Shown piece after piece: positions 27,832-38,478 of a DNA stretch of 47,870 nt (the first letter of the stretch is position 1; each line of letters begins with the position of its first letter). The DNA comes from Acutalibacteraceae bacterium (GTDB lineage Bacteria > Bacillota > Clostridia > Oscillospirales > Acutalibacteraceae). The stretch lies in the NCBI GenBank assembly GCA_045630445.1, contig JAZQTF010000149.1, forward strand, positions 1-47,870. Direction: 5' to 3'. A model generated the notes under the pieces. It did not search any database, was not told the origin of the DNA, and saw nothing but the letters and a program-made list of their open reading frames with translations. The position numbers and the translations under genes were made by a program.

Positions 27832-29310
27832 ATGCGTGAAACTGATTGCAAAAAACTTTTTCTATCGTTGGAGGATAACATAAATTATTTGTATGAGCTT
27901 AATTCACAGGATTCCGACCTTGTGCTTCGTCGTTTCAAAGCGGGGGATAGTAATGCTGTGCTGATAACTTGTGAGGGTTTGTCCGATAAAATACTTATAG
28001 GCGAAGCGGTATTGCGACCGATTCTTACCTGCGATTTAATGCCCGATAATCCGACTCTGAAATATGCCTGCATCCGCGACAGACTCCTGTGCGCAAGCGA
28101 GCAAACGGAAATTTTTGATTTTGACTCATTGCTCAAAGGTGTTATGGGTGGCTCGTGCGCAATGCTGATTGATGGTGTCCCAAGGTCGCTGATGATTGAT
28201 GTGCGTGGCTTTGACCGCCGTGGAATAAGTGAGCCGATTATGGAAATCACCGACAGAGGCTCGCGTGAAAGTTTTGTTGAGGTCGCGCGGATAAATATGA
28301 CAATGGTGCGCAGGCGTCTCAAAACTCCGTCTTTGCGTTTTGAAACTTTTGAAATAGGGGAGGAAAGTTCAACATCCGTCATAATGTGTTATCTTGCTGA
28401 CCGCGTGAGTGAAAGTATTCTGAGTCAGGTGCGGCAAAGACTCAAAAAAATCAAAATTGACAGTGTGCTTGAATCAGGCTATATACAGCCGTTTCTTGAT
28501 ACAAAAAGGTTGTCCTTTTTCTCCGGAGTTGGTTACGTTGAACGCCCGGACACACTGTGCGCCAAAATGCTTGAGGGCAGGGTCGGAATAATAATTGACG
28601 GTGCGCCGTTAGTGCTCATCGTGCCGTATCTTTTCAGTGAGAATTTTCAATCCTTTGATGATTATTGCAACCGCCCTTTTTACGCAACGTTTTCAAGAAT
28701 GCTCAAATATTTCTCTTTTTTCATTTCAATAATTCTGCCGGGATTGTATGTTGCAATAGGCACCTTCCATCCTGAATTATTACCCGAATCGCTGTTGTAT
28801 GACATAGCGGTATCAGAAGCGCGTACACCGTTTTCGCTTGCGATGGAAGCGTTTATAATTCATATAATTTACGAAATATTGCATCAGGCGGGTCTGCGAC
28901 TTCCAAAACCCGTAGGCAATACAATAAGCGTTGTCGGTGCGCTTGTCATAGGTGAATCCGCAGTAACAGCGGGCATCATCAGTGCGCCGATGGTAATGGT
29001 TGTCGCGTTTACCGCAATCAGTGCTTTCCTTGTGCCAACTCTTTATGATGCTTCCGCGGTGCTGAGATTACTCTTTATTCTCATTGGTGGGTTTACCGGC
29101 ATCTTCGGCGTGCTGATTCTGCTGACGCTTATCTTGATCAATATCTGCTCAATTGACCCTTACGGCATACCTTACACCTCTCCGTTTGCACCGTTTGATG
29201 TCAGGGCGATGCGCGACGGAGTTTTGCGTCTTGGGTGGAAAACTCTGAGTAAACGCGTTTTCAAAGTGCAGAATGCTTATGGTAGTGAAGAGAAAACGAA
29301 GGAAAGGTGA
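27832..29310 (+). CDS. gerAA: Spore germination protein, GerA family A subunit
   Basis: 492 aa from ATG 27832. The track's 27628 start would overlap the divergent DUF421 gene. Soluble N-terminal domain plus C-terminal TM bundle (GLRLPKPVGNTISVVGALVIGESAV). Confidence 0.85.
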   Translation: MRETDCKKLFLSLEDNINYLYELNSQDSDLVLRRFKAGDSNAVLITCEGLSDKILIGEAVLRPILTCDLMPDNPTLKYACIRDRLLCASEQTEIFDFDSLLKGVMGGSCAMLIDGVPRSLMIDVRGFDRRGISEPIMEITDRGSRESFVEVARINMTMVRRRLKTPSLRFETFEIGEESSTSVIMCYLADRVSESILSQVRQRLKKIKIDSVLESGYIQPFLDTKRLSFFSGVGYVERPDTLCAKMLEGRVGIIIDGAPLVLIVPYLFSENFQSFDDYCNRPFYATFSRMLKYFSFFISIILPGLYVAIGTFHPELLPESLLYDIAVSEARTPFSLAMEAFIIHIIYEILHQAGLRLPKPVGNTISVVGALVIGESAVTAGIISAPMVMVVAFTAISAFLVPTLYDASAVLRLLFILIGGFTGIFGVLILLTLILINICSIDPYGIPYTSPFAPFDVRAMRDGVLRLGWKTLSKRVFKVQNAYGSEEKTKER

Positions 29311-29314
29311 TTGT

Positions 29315-30418
29315 ATGAAAAAGCAGATGATAAGCTGGCGTCAGGCTTTTATGCTGATTTTTATAAGTTATATGCTTGTTGCATTGACCTATATCCCGAG
29401 CGGAGAAACAATGACGCGCAATGTTGACAAACTTGTTTCAATACTCTTTTCAATGGCGATGATTTCTTTGTTTTTCCTGCCCGTGTATTTTCTGACAAAA
29501 CGTAACAAAGACTGCAATATAATCGACTGCATAGCGCGTGATGCAAACCCCCTGACAAAACCCGTTGCACTGTTTTATTCTCTGGCCTTTTCTTACACTG
29601 TAATTGTGACAATAAGCCGGTTCAGCCTTTTCATAACTTCCGTTTTGCTCGTTGAGTCAAAGACCGCAATATTCATCATAATCATTCTTGCTGCCGCGTG
29701 TTATGCCGCATTTCTCGGAATTGAAGCAATTGCAAGAGCATCGCTGTTTATTTTCACAATTCTGATTCTGAGTATGCTCTTTTCGTGTTTTGTGCTTGTC
29801 GGTGAGGTTGATTTTCTCAACCTGCGACCTCTTTTCTATAACGGAGTTTCAGGCGTTGTCAGTGAATCTTTTATTGACGCTTCACGGTTTATTGAGATTG
29901 CGATGCTTGGAATTCTTGCTCCGCAGATAGTTGGCGGAATAAAAAAGACCGCAATAACGTTTGTCATTGTTTTCTGGCTGAGTGTGACGTTACTTGCGTT
30001 TCTTGTTATCAGCATTCTTGGTGAGTACAGTGCGGTGCAACTTTTCCCCGTTTACACCCTTGTTTCATTGGCGCGTATCGGCAGTTTTCATCGCTTTGAT
30101 GCCATATTGAGCGGAGTATGGATTGCGGGCGATTTTATCAAAGCGGCGGTGCTTATCTGTGTTTCAGGCAAATGTATGGGGTACGTCACAAATGGGAAAA
30201 GACACAAAGTGCTGGTGATATTGTCAGTGCTTGTGATTTTTGCTTTTTCAATGTATGCATCACGCTCGTTTGAAAATTATCTTGCCGTGTCAAATTATAT
30301 CGTGACGGCGGTTGTGACGCTTCTTGCAAGTGTTGTCCTTCCGCTGATATTCCTGATAGTGAATATCATAAAGAAAAAGAAAGGGGATGAAACACCTTGC
30401 GTAAATCAAAACGAATAG
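29315..30418 (+). CDS. gerAB: Spore germination protein, GerA family B subunit (APC-like permease)
   Basis: 367 aa from ATG 29315 (RBS AAGGAAAGG), about 10 TM, N-terminus ISWRQAFMLIF. Confidence 0.85.
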   Translation: MKKQMISWRQAFMLIFISYMLVALTYIPSGETMTRNVDKLVSILFSMAMISLFFLPVYFLTKRNKDCNIIDCIARDANPLTKPVALFYSLAFSYTVIVTISRFSLFITSVLLVESKTAIFIIIILAAACYAAFLGIEAIARASLFIFTILILSMLFSCFVLVGEVDFLNLRPLFYNGVSGVVSESFIDASRFIEIAMLGILAPQIVGGIKKTAITFVIVFWLSVTLLAFLVISILGEYSAVQLFPVYTLVSLARIGSFHRFDAILSGVWIAGDFIKAAVLICVSGKCMGYVTNGKRHKVLVILSVLVIFAFSMYASRSFENYLAVSNYIVTAVVTLLASVVLPLIFLIVNIIKKKKGDETPCVNQNE

Positions 30419-31548
30419 TCGCTTTTTTTCTTGTTGCAGTTTCATTCATTCTTTCAGGTTGTAATGCAAAAGAGGACCAGCTTAAAGATATGGCGTTAGC
30501 GCAGGGCGTGGGAATTGATTATAAAAACGAGCAGTATGAAGTGTCGTTTATGGTCTATGACCTTTCAAAAAATCGTGGGTCAAACTCGGAGCTGAGCGGA
30601 GTGCTTACAAAAGTCTTTGAAGCGGTGGGCGAGTCCGTGCCCTATGCAATAACGCAGGTCACAACTCAGGTCGGAAAGAAACCCTATTATTCTCATAACC
30701 GTATTGTGATTATCGGGGAGGAAATGGCGCAGGAGGGCTTGCAGACCGTCTTTGATTTTCTTTACAGAAATGCCGAAATGCGTCCCTATGTCCTTGTTGC
30801 AATCGCAAGGGGCAGCGCGTCAGAAATACTGGGTTGTGATATGGGAGAGGTGCTGAATCCTGCTGAAGAAATACAAAACATCATAACCGTCGGAGCGTAT
30901 TATTCCTGCGTGCCTGAAACCGAAATTATTGATATTGCAATCTCAACTCTTGAAAAAACGTCTGATTCCTATCTTCCGGTTGTGGAAGTTGTAAAAGACG
31001 GTGACAAGGAGTCTGTGAAAGTGAGTGGCACTGCAATTTTCAACAATATGAAACTTGTTGGTGAATTGAATGAAGATGAAACAAAAGGTCTTCTGTGGGT
31101 CAATGATAAGGTGCAGTATGGCACGCTTGTCTGTGAAACCGCATCGCAGAATATGGTCAGTGCAGAAATAATCGAAGCGGACACAGATGTTGAGGTTTCT
31201 GTAATTGACGGCAAAATAACTTATAGCATTTTTGTTGATTGTATGCTCAATATTGACCAGGTTGACGGCAAGGAGAGCAATTCCCTGAATCGTCAGCAGA
31301 TGCGTGAGATTGAATCCGCTTACGTTGACGTTATCAAAGGTCAGATGGACAGTGCACTCACAAAATGCCTTACCGAATACCGCAGTGACGTATTCCGCCT
31401 TGGCAAAATATTGTGGCAGCAATGTCCCGATGTTTACCGCGATGTTTCACCATTGTGGGAGGAGGTTTTGCCAACGCTTGAGTTTAATCTTGAAGTGAAG
31501 GTACAGGTCAGCAAAACGGGTGAAGAGGGGATTGATATAAACGATTGA
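30397..31548 (+). CDS. gerAC: Spore germination lipoprotein, Ger(x)C family
   Basis: 383 aa with a TTG start, lipobox LSGC and a Ger(x)C-type body. It overlaps gerAB by 22 nt. Confidence 0.85.
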   Translation: MRKSKRIVAFFLVAVSFILSGCNAKEDQLKDMALAQGVGIDYKNEQYEVSFMVYDLSKNRGSNSELSGVLTKVFEAVGESVPYAITQVTTQVGKKPYYSHNRIVIIGEEMAQEGLQTVFDFLYRNAEMRPYVLVAIARGSASEILGCDMGEVLNPAEEIQNIITVGAYYSCVPETEIIDIAISTLEKTSDSYLPVVEVVKDGDKESVKVSGTAIFNNMKLVGELNEDETKGLLWVNDKVQYGTLVCETASQNMVSAEIIEADTDVEVSVIDGKITYSIFVDCMLNIDQVDGKESNSLNRQQMREIESAYVDVIKGQMDSALTKCLTEYRSDVFRLGKILWQQCPDVYRDVSPLWEEVLPTLEFNLEVKVQVSKTGEEGIDIND

Positions 31549-31557
31549 TAAAGTGTA

Positions 31558-31587
31558 TTGACATTATGCCCGATGATATGCTATAAT
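31558..31587 (+). promoter_or_regulatory. Sigma-A promoter for the SAM riboswitch and metK
   Basis: TTGACA, an 18-nt spacer, then TATAAT with an extended TGc. Confidence 0.6.
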
Positions 31588-31609
31588 GCGACTGACAAGT
31601 AAATAATAA

Positions 31610-31737
31610 CTTATCAAGAGTGACTGAGGGACAGGCCCTGTGAAGTCCGGCAACCTGCATTTGCAAGGTGCTAAATCCTGCGGCTTGACCGAGAGATGAG
31701 ACTGTGTATCCGCAGGCTCGCCCTGCGGAATTTTTTT
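31610..31737 (+). promoter_or_regulatory. SAM-I (S-box) riboswitch with expression-platform terminator
   Basis: cttatcaagag...gagggacaggccctgtgaag...ggcaacc...ggtgctaaatcctgc...agagatgaga matches the S-box core. Terminator ccgcagg-ctcgc-cctgcgg plus T7 lies at 31710-31737. Confidence 0.9.
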
Positions 31738-31765
31738 GAATTAAAACGAAAGGAATGATCTGATA

Positions 31766-32962
31766 ATGAGAAAACGTTTATTTACTTCCGAATCCGTAAC
31801 AGAAGGACATCCCGACAAAATCTGTGACCAGATTTCCGACGCGGTGCTTGATGCTATTCTTGCAAATGACCCCGAGGCAAGAGTTGCTTGTGAAACTGTT
31901 TGTACAACAGGCCAGGTGCTTGTAATGGGTGAGATTACAACAAGTTGCCACGTTGATATTCCGTCAATCGCGCGTTCTGTAATCAAAGAAATCGGCTACA
32001 CAAACTGCGGTGGTTTTGACGCTGACACTTGCGCAGTGCTTACCGCAATCGATAAGCAGTCGCCCGACATCGCAATGGGCGTTGGCAGTTCCCTTGAATT
32101 GAAGCAGGGTATTTTTGATGATGACTGCAACTCAATTGGTGCCGGTGACCAGGGTCTTATGTTCGGCTATGCTTGTGATGAAACACCCGAGCTTATGCCC
32201 CTTCCGATTTCTCTTGCGCACAAACTTGCAAAAAGACTTACTCTCGTTCGTAAGGAGGGCATTCTTCCGTATCTTCGACCTGATGGAAAAACTCAGGTAA
32301 CAATTGAGTACGATTCTGACAACAAACCCGTACGCGTTGACGCAATCGTTATTTCTTCACAGCACAGTGAGGACGTTACAACTGACAAACTCAGAAACGA
32401 TATTCTCGCGCACGTTATCAATGTCATCATCCCCTTTGAACTTATGGATGACAAAACAAAGATTTACATAAACCCCACAGGAAGATTTGTAATCGGCGGC
32501 CCGCAGGGAGACAGTGGCCTTACAGGCAGAAAAATCGTTGTTGACACTTACGGCGGCTATTCACGTCACGGCGGCGGTGCATTCTCAGGCAAAGACCCGA
32601 CAAAGGTTGACCGCAGTGCAAGTTATGCTGCACGTTATGTTGCAAAGAACATTGTTGCTGCCCGCCTTGCAAAGAGATGTGAAGTTCAGCTCGCTTACGC
32701 AATCGGTGTTGCAAGACCCGTTTCAATTATGGTTGACACTTTCGGCACAGGTGTTGTTGATGATGACCTCATCAGCGATATCGTAAAAGAAAAGTTTGAC
32801 TTGCGTCCGTATGCAATCATCAACGATTTGCAACTTCGTCGTCCGATTTACCGTCAGATTGCCGCTTATGGTCATATCGGCAGAATGGACGTTGATTTGC
32901 CGTGGGAGAATACTGACAAGATTTTTGAACTCAGAGCGGCTGCAGGTCTGCCGATGGAGTAA
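31766..32962 (+). CDS. metK: S-adenosylmethionine synthase
   Basis: 398 aa with [30 protein letters not shown] and [16 protein letters not shown]. Confidence 0.97.
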   Translation: MRKRLFTSESVTEGHPDKICDQISDAVLDAILANDPEARVACETVCTTGQVLVMGEITTSCHVDIPSIARSVIKEIGYTNCGGFDADTCAVLTAIDKQSPDIAMGVGSSLELKQGIFDDDCNSIGAGDQGLMFGYACDETPELMPLPISLAHKLAKRLTLVRKEGILPYLRPDGKTQVTIEYDSDNKPVRVDAIVISSQHSEDVTTDKLRNDILAHVINVIIPFELMDDKTKIYINPTGRFVIGGPQGDSGLTGRKIVVDTYGGYSRHGGGAFSGKDPTKVDRSASYAARYVAKNIVAARLAKRCEVQLAYAIGVARPVSIMVDTFGTGVVDDDLISDIVKEKFDLRPYAIINDLQLRRPIYRQIAAYGHIGRMDVDLPWENTDKIFELRAAAGLPME

Positions 32963-32968
32963 ACCGCA

Positions 32969-33781
32969 ATGAAAGGTTTAAAAAGGCTTGTAAACTTTAT
33001 TTTAACCGTAGTAGTTATTGCTTTTATCTGGTGGTTTAATACTTACACCCTGCGTGTTGAAACTGTTGAAGTGCGTGACGCGCGTATAAAGGATGAAGTC
33101 ACAATTGTCCAGATTTCTGATTTGCATGGTTATGTTTTCGGTAATGAAAACTGTAACCTTGTTGATGAAATAACTGCGCAGAATCCTGATTTTATTGTTG
33201 CAACCGGTGATATGTTTTCAAACGGAAGTGCGGACGGCCGTGAGGTTGCCCTTGCGCTTATGACAAAACTTGTTTCCGTTGCACCTGTTTATTACGTCAA
33301 TGGTGAGCATGACAACCTTGATGAGTTTGATGAGCAACTTGAATCAGTTGGCGTAAACGTGCTTGATTATGAAGATGAGGTTGTAATGATTGGTGAAACA
33401 AAACTGCATCTCTATGGCATAAACAACGTTTACTATACTGAAACGTTTGATTTGTCAAATGAATTCACCCTTGATGAAACCGCATACAATATCCTTTTTG
33501 CCCATATCCAGAATTTTGAAAAGTTTTCGGAATTCGGAATTGACCTGTCGCTCTGCGGTGATACCCACGGCGGTCAGATAAGGCTTCCTTTTGTCGGCGC
33601 TGTCTATATGGAGGACACGTGGTTTCCCGATTATAAGGGTGAATACATAAAGGGTTTGTATGAACTTGATGGCAGTAAATTGTTCGTGTCAGGCGGTCTT
33701 GGAAGCAATCCTGTTCCGGCTCGTTTCTGGAACAGACCTGAAATTTCCGTCATTAAACTCATACCGCAAAATAATGCGTAA
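32969..33781 (+). CDS. Membrane-anchored calcineurin-like metallophosphoesterase (YkuE/YkoQ-like)
   Basis: 270 aa with an N-terminal TM and motifs ISDLHG, TGDMF, NGEHD and GDTHGGQ. Confidence 0.75.
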   Translation: MKGLKRLVNFILTVVVIAFIWWFNTYTLRVETVEVRDARIKDEVTIVQISDLHGYVFGNENCNLVDEITAQNPDFIVATGDMFSNGSADGREVALALMTKLVSVAPVYYVNGEHDNLDEFDEQLESVGVNVLDYEDEVVMIGETKLHLYGINNVYYTETFDLSNEFTLDETAYNILFAHIQNFEKFSEFGIDLSLCGDTHGGQIRLPFVGAVYMEDTWFPDYKGEYIKGLYELDGSKLFVSGGLGSNPVPARFWNRPEISVIKLIPQNNA

Positions 33782-33787
33782 AAACTA

Positions 33788-33816
33788 TTGACACAGCAGC
33801 ATTTTTATTGTACAAT
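33788..33816 (+). promoter_or_regulatory. Sigma-A promoter for the rimP-nusA-infB operon
   Basis: TTGACA, a 17-nt spacer, then TACAAT. Confidence 0.55.
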
Positions 33817-33842
33817 TACAAAGTAAGTTATAGTAGATTATT

Positions 33843-33880
33843 CGGAAGAGTGGGGCGACCCGCTCTTTCGTTTGTTTAAT
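33843..33880 (+). terminator. Leader hairpin and attenuator candidate upstream of rimP
   Basis: cggaagagtggg-GCGA-cccgctctttcg forms a 12-bp stem (two G-U pairs) with a GNRA tetraloop, followed by the interrupted U-tract tttgttt. It starts about 20 nt after the predicted TSS. Confidence 0.45.
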
Positions 33881-33922
33881 CGCAAATCATAAGGTTAAAA
33901 AATAAAAAGAGGAAGTGATTAC

Positions 33923-34420
33923 TTGAGCGAAAAAAGTAAAGGCGGAAACACGGTTTCTAAGGTCTGGGCTATCGCAGAGCCGATAGCGAAAGAACTCAAT
34001 TTAACCCTGTGGGATGTTCGTTTCGTCAAGGAGGGTGCATCGTGGTTTCTGAGAATTTTTATCGACAAGGATGGCGGTGTAACAGTTGACGATTGCGCTG
34101 ATATGAGCCATGCTCTTGACAAGCCGCTTGATGATGCTGACCCGATTGACCAGAGTTATTATCTTGAGGTTTCATCAACCGGTGTTGAGCGTGAGTTGAC
34201 CCGTCCGGAGCATTTTGAAATGATGATGGGCAGAAAGATTATGTTAAGACTCATCAGAGCCGTTGACGGTGAGCGTGATTTGAACGGAAGCCTTGAAGCG
34301 TTCAAGGATAATGTTATAACTTTGGAACAAAACGGAGAAACAAAAGAAATTAAAAAGAGTGATACCGTGTGGGTAAAACTTGATGATTTTGATTCAGAAG
34401 GAGTGCAGGAAAATGAATAA
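33923..34420 (+). CDS. rimP: Ribosome maturation factor RimP
   Basis: 165 aa with a TTG start after RBS AAGAGGAAG. Shows a RimP pattern (LWDVRFVKEG..WFLRIFID..GVTVDDC) and sits upstream of nusA. Confidence 0.85.
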   Translation: MSEKSKGGNTVSKVWAIAEPIAKELNLTLWDVRFVKEGASWFLRIFIDKDGGVTVDDCADMSHALDKPLDDADPIDQSYYLEVSSTGVERELTRPEHFEMMMGRKIMLRLIRAVDGERDLNGSLEAFKDNVITLEQNGETKEIKKSDTVWVKLDDFDSEGVQENE

Positions 34421-35462
34421 TGAATTTTTTGAAGCGGTGAAAATGCTTGAGAAGGAGAGAGGAATTCCTTCCGAGTATCTTTACGAAAAGATCCAGAATG
34501 CAATCGTAACTGCTGTTAAGCGTGAATACAACGGCAAGGACGTTGTTTTCTGTGACATTGACCCCGAGAAGCAGACAATGAAAGTTTACCTCAGAAAACT
34601 CGTTGTTGAAGAGGTAACTTGTGAAGATAGTGAGATTTCACTTGAAGACGCAAAAACTTATAGAAAGAGAATCAACATCGGTGATTATCTTGAAATCAAA
34701 CTTGATCCCAAAAAGTTCGGACGTATCGCAGCACAGACTGCAAAGCACGTAATGCGTCAGGGCATCAAGGACGTTGAGAGAGGTCAGACAATGCAGGAGT
34801 TCCAGAGCAAGAATCAGGAACTCGTAACCGCAAAGGTTGTAAGCATTGATCCCAAAACAGGCAACGCAGTTCTCGAAATCGGCAGAGCGGAAGCAACTCT
34901 CCCCAAGAGTGAGCAGGTTCCCGGTGAAGTTCTCAAAGAGGGCAGCCTTATCAAGATCTATATCGTTGACGTAAAGGGCAGTGAAAGAGATCCCAGAGCA
35001 ATGATTTCAAGAACTCATCCCGGTCTTGTAAGAAGACTTTTTGAAACAGAAGTGCCGGAGATTTATGATGGCATCGTTGAGATCAAGTCCGTTTCCCGTG
35101 AAGCAGGTTCAAGAACAAAGATTGCAGTTCACAGCACTGATGAAAACGTTGATGCTGTCGGCGCTTGCATCGGCCCCAGAGGCGCAAGAGTTGGCAAGGT
35201 TGTTGACCTTCTCGGCGGTGAGAAGATTGACATTGTAAAATACAGTGAGGATGCTTGCGAATTCATCGCGGCTGCACTTGCACCGGCTGATGTAATTTCC
35301 GTTGAAGTTGCAGAGGACGGCTCCAAGACCTGTCTTGTAAAAGTACCCGATACACAGCTTTCTCTTGCAATCGGCAACAAGGGCCAGAATGTAAGGCTTG
35401 CTGCAAAACTCACAGGCTGGAAAATTGACATTCATCCCGAAAGTGGATTTTACGAGGGATAA
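34413..35462 (+). CDS. nusA: Transcription termination/antitermination factor NusA
   Basis: 349 aa from ATG 34413 (RBS AAGGAG; 8-nt overlap with rimP). N-terminus FFEAVKMLEKERGI, with S1 and two KH domains (AIGNKGQNVRLAAKLTGWKIDI). Confidence 0.95.
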   Translation: MNNEFFEAVKMLEKERGIPSEYLYEKIQNAIVTAVKREYNGKDVVFCDIDPEKQTMKVYLRKLVVEEVTCEDSEISLEDAKTYRKRINIGDYLEIKLDPKKFGRIAAQTAKHVMRQGIKDVERGQTMQEFQSKNQELVTAKVVSIDPKTGNAVLEIGRAEATLPKSEQVPGEVLKEGSLIKIYIVDVKGSERDPRAMISRTHPGLVRRLFETEVPEIYDGIVEIKSVSREAGSRTKIAVHSTDENVDAVGACIGPRGARVGKVVDLLGGEKIDIVKYSEDACEFIAAALAPADVISVEVAEDGSKTCLVKVPDTQLSLAIGNKGQNVRLAAKLTGWKIDIHPESGFYEG

Positions 35463-35501
35463 TTTTTGAGTTGACTACCAAAGGCGAAAGGACTGATACT
35501 G

Positions 35502-35777
35502 ATGATGAAACCGAAAAAAGTTCCCATGCGTATGTGTCTTGGGTGTAATGAAATGAAACCGAAGAAGGAACTTGTCAGGGTTGTAAAAAGTCCCGATGGT
35601 GAAGTTTCCCTTGACCTTACTTCAAAGAAAGCGGGCAGGGGAGCATATATCTGCAATTCCGTCGAGTGTCTGAAAAAAGCAAGGAAGTCCAAGCGTTTTG
35701 AACGTGCCTTTGAATGCAGTATTCCTCAGGAGGTTTATGAGCGTATGGAGGAGGAAATCGTACAGGATGGCGAATGA
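35502..35777 (+). CDS. ylxR: YlxR/DUF448 RNA-binding protein
   Basis: 91 aa with RMCLGC...GRGAYIC motifs. Confidence 0.85.
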   Translation: MMKPKKVPMRMCLGCNEMKPKKELVRVVKSPDGEVSLDLTSKKAGRGAYICNSVECLKKARKSKRFERAFECSIPQEVYERMEEEIVQDGE

Positions 35778-36096
35778 CAGATATTTACAGATGCTCGGCA
35801 TCGCAAAACGTGCCGGCCTGATTTCGCAGGGTCATGACGTTTGCATTGATTCTGTAAAAAAAGGCAAAGCGTGTATGTGTCTTTTTTCAAGCGATGCCTC
35901 CGAAAGACTTGTAAAGGAGTTTGAATCTCTTTTGCAGAGTATGAATCGCAATATTCCGGTAAAACGGTTAAACTATTCAATGGTGGAGATTGGCTATGCG
36001 CTGTCTTATAAGACCGCGGTAATCACCATCAACGACGAGGGAATCGCAAACAAACTCAATGAAATTGAAAAAACACAAAACGGGGAGGAAAATTGA
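35767..36096 (+). CDS. ylxQ: L7Ae/L30e-family RNA-binding protein (YlxQ)
   Basis: 109 aa from ATG 35767, overlapping the ylxR stop. Begins [14 protein letters not shown] and sits between ylxR and infB. Confidence 0.8.
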   Translation: MANDRYLQMLGIAKRAGLISQGHDVCIDSVKKGKACMCLFSSDASERLVKEFESLLQSMNRNIPVKRLNYSMVEIGYALSYKTAVITINDEGIANKLNEIEKTQNGEEN

Positions 36097-38474
36097 TGTT
36101 AAATAAATACAGAGTACATGAAGTCGGAAAAGACTTTAACAAAGGCAGCAAGGAAGTTGTAGATATCCTTGCAAAATACACAGGTGAAACCAAAAAACAT
36201 ATGACCGCTCTTGAAGAAAAAGAACTCAATATCGTTTTTGAGGTGTTCACACAGCAGTCAGCAGTTGAAAGTTTTGATGCTTACTTTGCAACAAGAAAAG
36301 AGCCTGAAAAAGTTCAGGAAGTAAAGACTCCCGCAAAGGAAACAAAGCCTGCTGAAAAGACTGAGCAGAAGCCCGTCGCAAAGAAATCGGACGACAAGAA
36401 ACCGCAGAATACACAGAATACGCAGAAACCCGCTCAGCAGAAAAAGGTTGAAAAGCCTGCAAATGATGACGTTAAGATTCAGTCAAGAACAAAGGGTGAA
36501 AAGCGTCACGTTGATACACGTTCAAGTTTCGTAGAACTTGACAAATATAATGAGAAGTATGACAACCTTGCAGGTGGCAGACATGACCGCGACCAGGGCT
36601 CCAACAAGCAGAAACTTCAACAGAAGTCAAAGCAGTGGAAGGGCAAGCAGGGCACTTTCAGAAAGAAGGAAACAGAGGCAGAGCGTCTTGCGCGTATTGC
36701 TGCTGAAAGAGCAAAGAAACCGCAGATGGTAATTTCCGTGCCGGAAGAAATCGTTGTTTCTGAACTTGCTGCAATGCTCAAAGTAACTGCAAGCGAAGTT
36801 ATCAAAAAGCTTATGATGCTTGGTTGTATGGTAACTGTAAATGACGTTATTGATTTTGATACCGCTGAAATTGCTGCAACTGAACTTGGTGCAAAGGTTG
36901 AAAAGCAGGTTGTAATCACAATTGAGGACAGAATCATTGATGACAGTGATGACCTTGATGAAAACCTTGAAAAGAGAAGTCCTGTCGTTGTTGTTATGGG
37001 TCACGTTGACCATGGTAAGACTTCAATCCTTGACGCTATCACACAGAGTAACGTAACTTCTTCTGAGGCTGGCGGTATCACACAGCACATCGGTGCTTAT
37101 CGCGTAAATATCAACGGTGAGAATATTACTTTCCTTGACACTCCCGGTCACGCAGCGTTTACTTCAATGCGTGCTCGTGGTGCTCAGGCAACTGATATTG
37201 CAATTCTCGTTGTTGCTGCTGATGACGGTATTATGCCCCAGACGATTGAGGCTATCAACCACGCAAAAGCGGCTGGCGTAAGCATCATCGTTGCAATCAA
37301 CAAGATGGATAAACCCGGTGTAACAACCGATAAAATTATGCAGCAACTCACCGAGCATGAACTTCTCCCTGAGGAGTGGGGAGGTGACGTTATCTGCGTG
37401 CCCGTGTCTGCAAAGACAAAGATGAACATTGACAAACTCCTTGAATCCGTTCTTCTCGTTGCTGAAATGATGGAACTCAAAGCAAACCCCAACAGAGCGG
37501 GTAAAGGTATCGTAATTGAAGCAAGACTTGACAAGGGCAGAGGCCCTGTTGCAACTCTTCTCGTACAGAATGGTACACTCAGAACAGGTGACGTAGTGGT
37601 TGCAGGTATGAGTGTTGGCAGAGTCCGCGTAATGACCAATGACCGTGGTGACAAGGTTGATGAGGCTGGCCCGTCCGTACCGGTTGAGATTATGGGTCTT
37701 GCAGAAGTTCCGCAGGCAGGCGACGTATTCAACGCAGTAAGCGATGAGCGTCTTGCAAGAGAACTCGTTGAAGAGCGTAAGCAGAAAGCAAAGAAAGAGC
37801 AGTTTGAGTCCGTTCAGAAAGTTACTCTTGACAACCTCTTCTCACAGATGCAACTCGGTGAAGTCAAGGAACTCAACATCATTGTCAAGGGTGACGTTCA
37901 GGGTTCAGTTGAGGCTGTTAAGCAGAATCTTGAAAAACTCAGCAATGATGAGGTAAGAGTAAAGGTTATCCACGGTGGCGTAGGTGCGGTTAACGAGTCT
38001 GACGTAATGCTCGCAAATGCATCAAATGCAATCATCGTTGGCTTTAACGTCCGTCCCGATGCGCAGGCTCAGGCCAATGCTGAAAGAGACGGCGTAGATA
38101 TGAGAATGTACAGAATCATTTACGATTGTATTGAAGAGATTGAGTCTGCTATGAAAGGTATGCTCGCGCCGAAAACAAGAGAAGTACAGCTCGGCAGAGT
38201 TGAAGTTCGTGAAGTTTACAAAATCAGCAGCGTCGGCACAATCGCAGGTTGTTATGTCCAGAGTGGTAAGGTTACAAGAAACGCAGGCATCCGTGTTGTT
38301 CGTGACGGTATCATTATCACTGAGGATACAATGTCATCCCTTAAACGTTTCAAGGATGACGTAAAGGAAGTTCAGCAGTCTTATGAGTGCGGTATCGGTC
38401 TTGAGAAGTTTAATGACATCAAGGTTGGCGATATCTTTGAAGCATTCATTATTGAGGAATACAGAGAGGATTAG
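36096..38474 (+). CDS. infB: Translation initiation factor IF-2
   Basis: G domain [14 protein letters not shown] and NKMD, with a K/Q/E-rich N-terminal region. ATG 36096 lies 7 nt after GGAGG, and the track starts at TTG 36093. Confidence 0.97.
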   Translation: MLNKYRVHEVGKDFNKGSKEVVDILAKYTGETKKHMTALEEKELNIVFEVFTQQSAVESFDAYFATRKEPEKVQEVKTPAKETKPAEKTEQKPVAKKSDDKKPQNTQNTQKPAQQKKVEKPANDDVKIQSRTKGEKRHVDTRSSFVELDKYNEKYDNLAGGRHDRDQGSNKQKLQQKSKQWKGKQGTFRKKETEAERLARIAAERAKKPQMVISVPEEIVVSELAAMLKVTASEVIKKLMMLGCMVTVNDVIDFDTAEIAATELGAKVEKQVVITIEDRIIDDSDDLDENLEKRSPVVVVMGHVDHGKTSILDAITQSNVTSSEAGGITQHIGAYRVNINGENITFLDTPGHAAFTSMRARGAQATDIAILVVAADDGIMPQTIEAINHAKAAGVSIIVAINKMDKPGVTTDKIMQQLTEHELLPEEWGGDVICVPVSAKTKMNIDKLLESVLLVAEMMELKANPNRAGKGIVIEARLDKGRGPVATLLVQNGTLRTGDVVVAGMSVGRVRVMTNDRGDKVDEAGPSVPVEIMGLAEVPQAGDVFNAVSDERLARELVEERKQKAKKEQFESVQKVTLDNLFSQMQLGEVKELNIIVKGDVQGSVEAVKQNLEKLSNDEVRVKVIHGGVGAVNESDVMLANASNAIIVGFNVRPDAQAQANAERDGVDMRMYRIIYDCIEEIESAMKGMLAPKTREVQLGRVEVREVYKISSVGTIAGCYVQSGKVTRNAGIRVVRDGIIITEDTMSSLKRFKDDVKEVQQSYECGIGLEKFNDIKVGDIFEAFIIEEYRED

Positions 38475-38478
38475 TTCA

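Noticed and set aside
36290-36720. A K/Q/E/P-rich repetitive stretch in the DNA at the start of infB, and a similar K/E-rich stretch in mutS2 (~17080-17400).
   Set aside because: These encode the well-known low-complexity N-terminal region of IF-2 and the coiled coil of MutS2. They are not DNA repeats, CRISPR-like arrays or mobile-element remnants.
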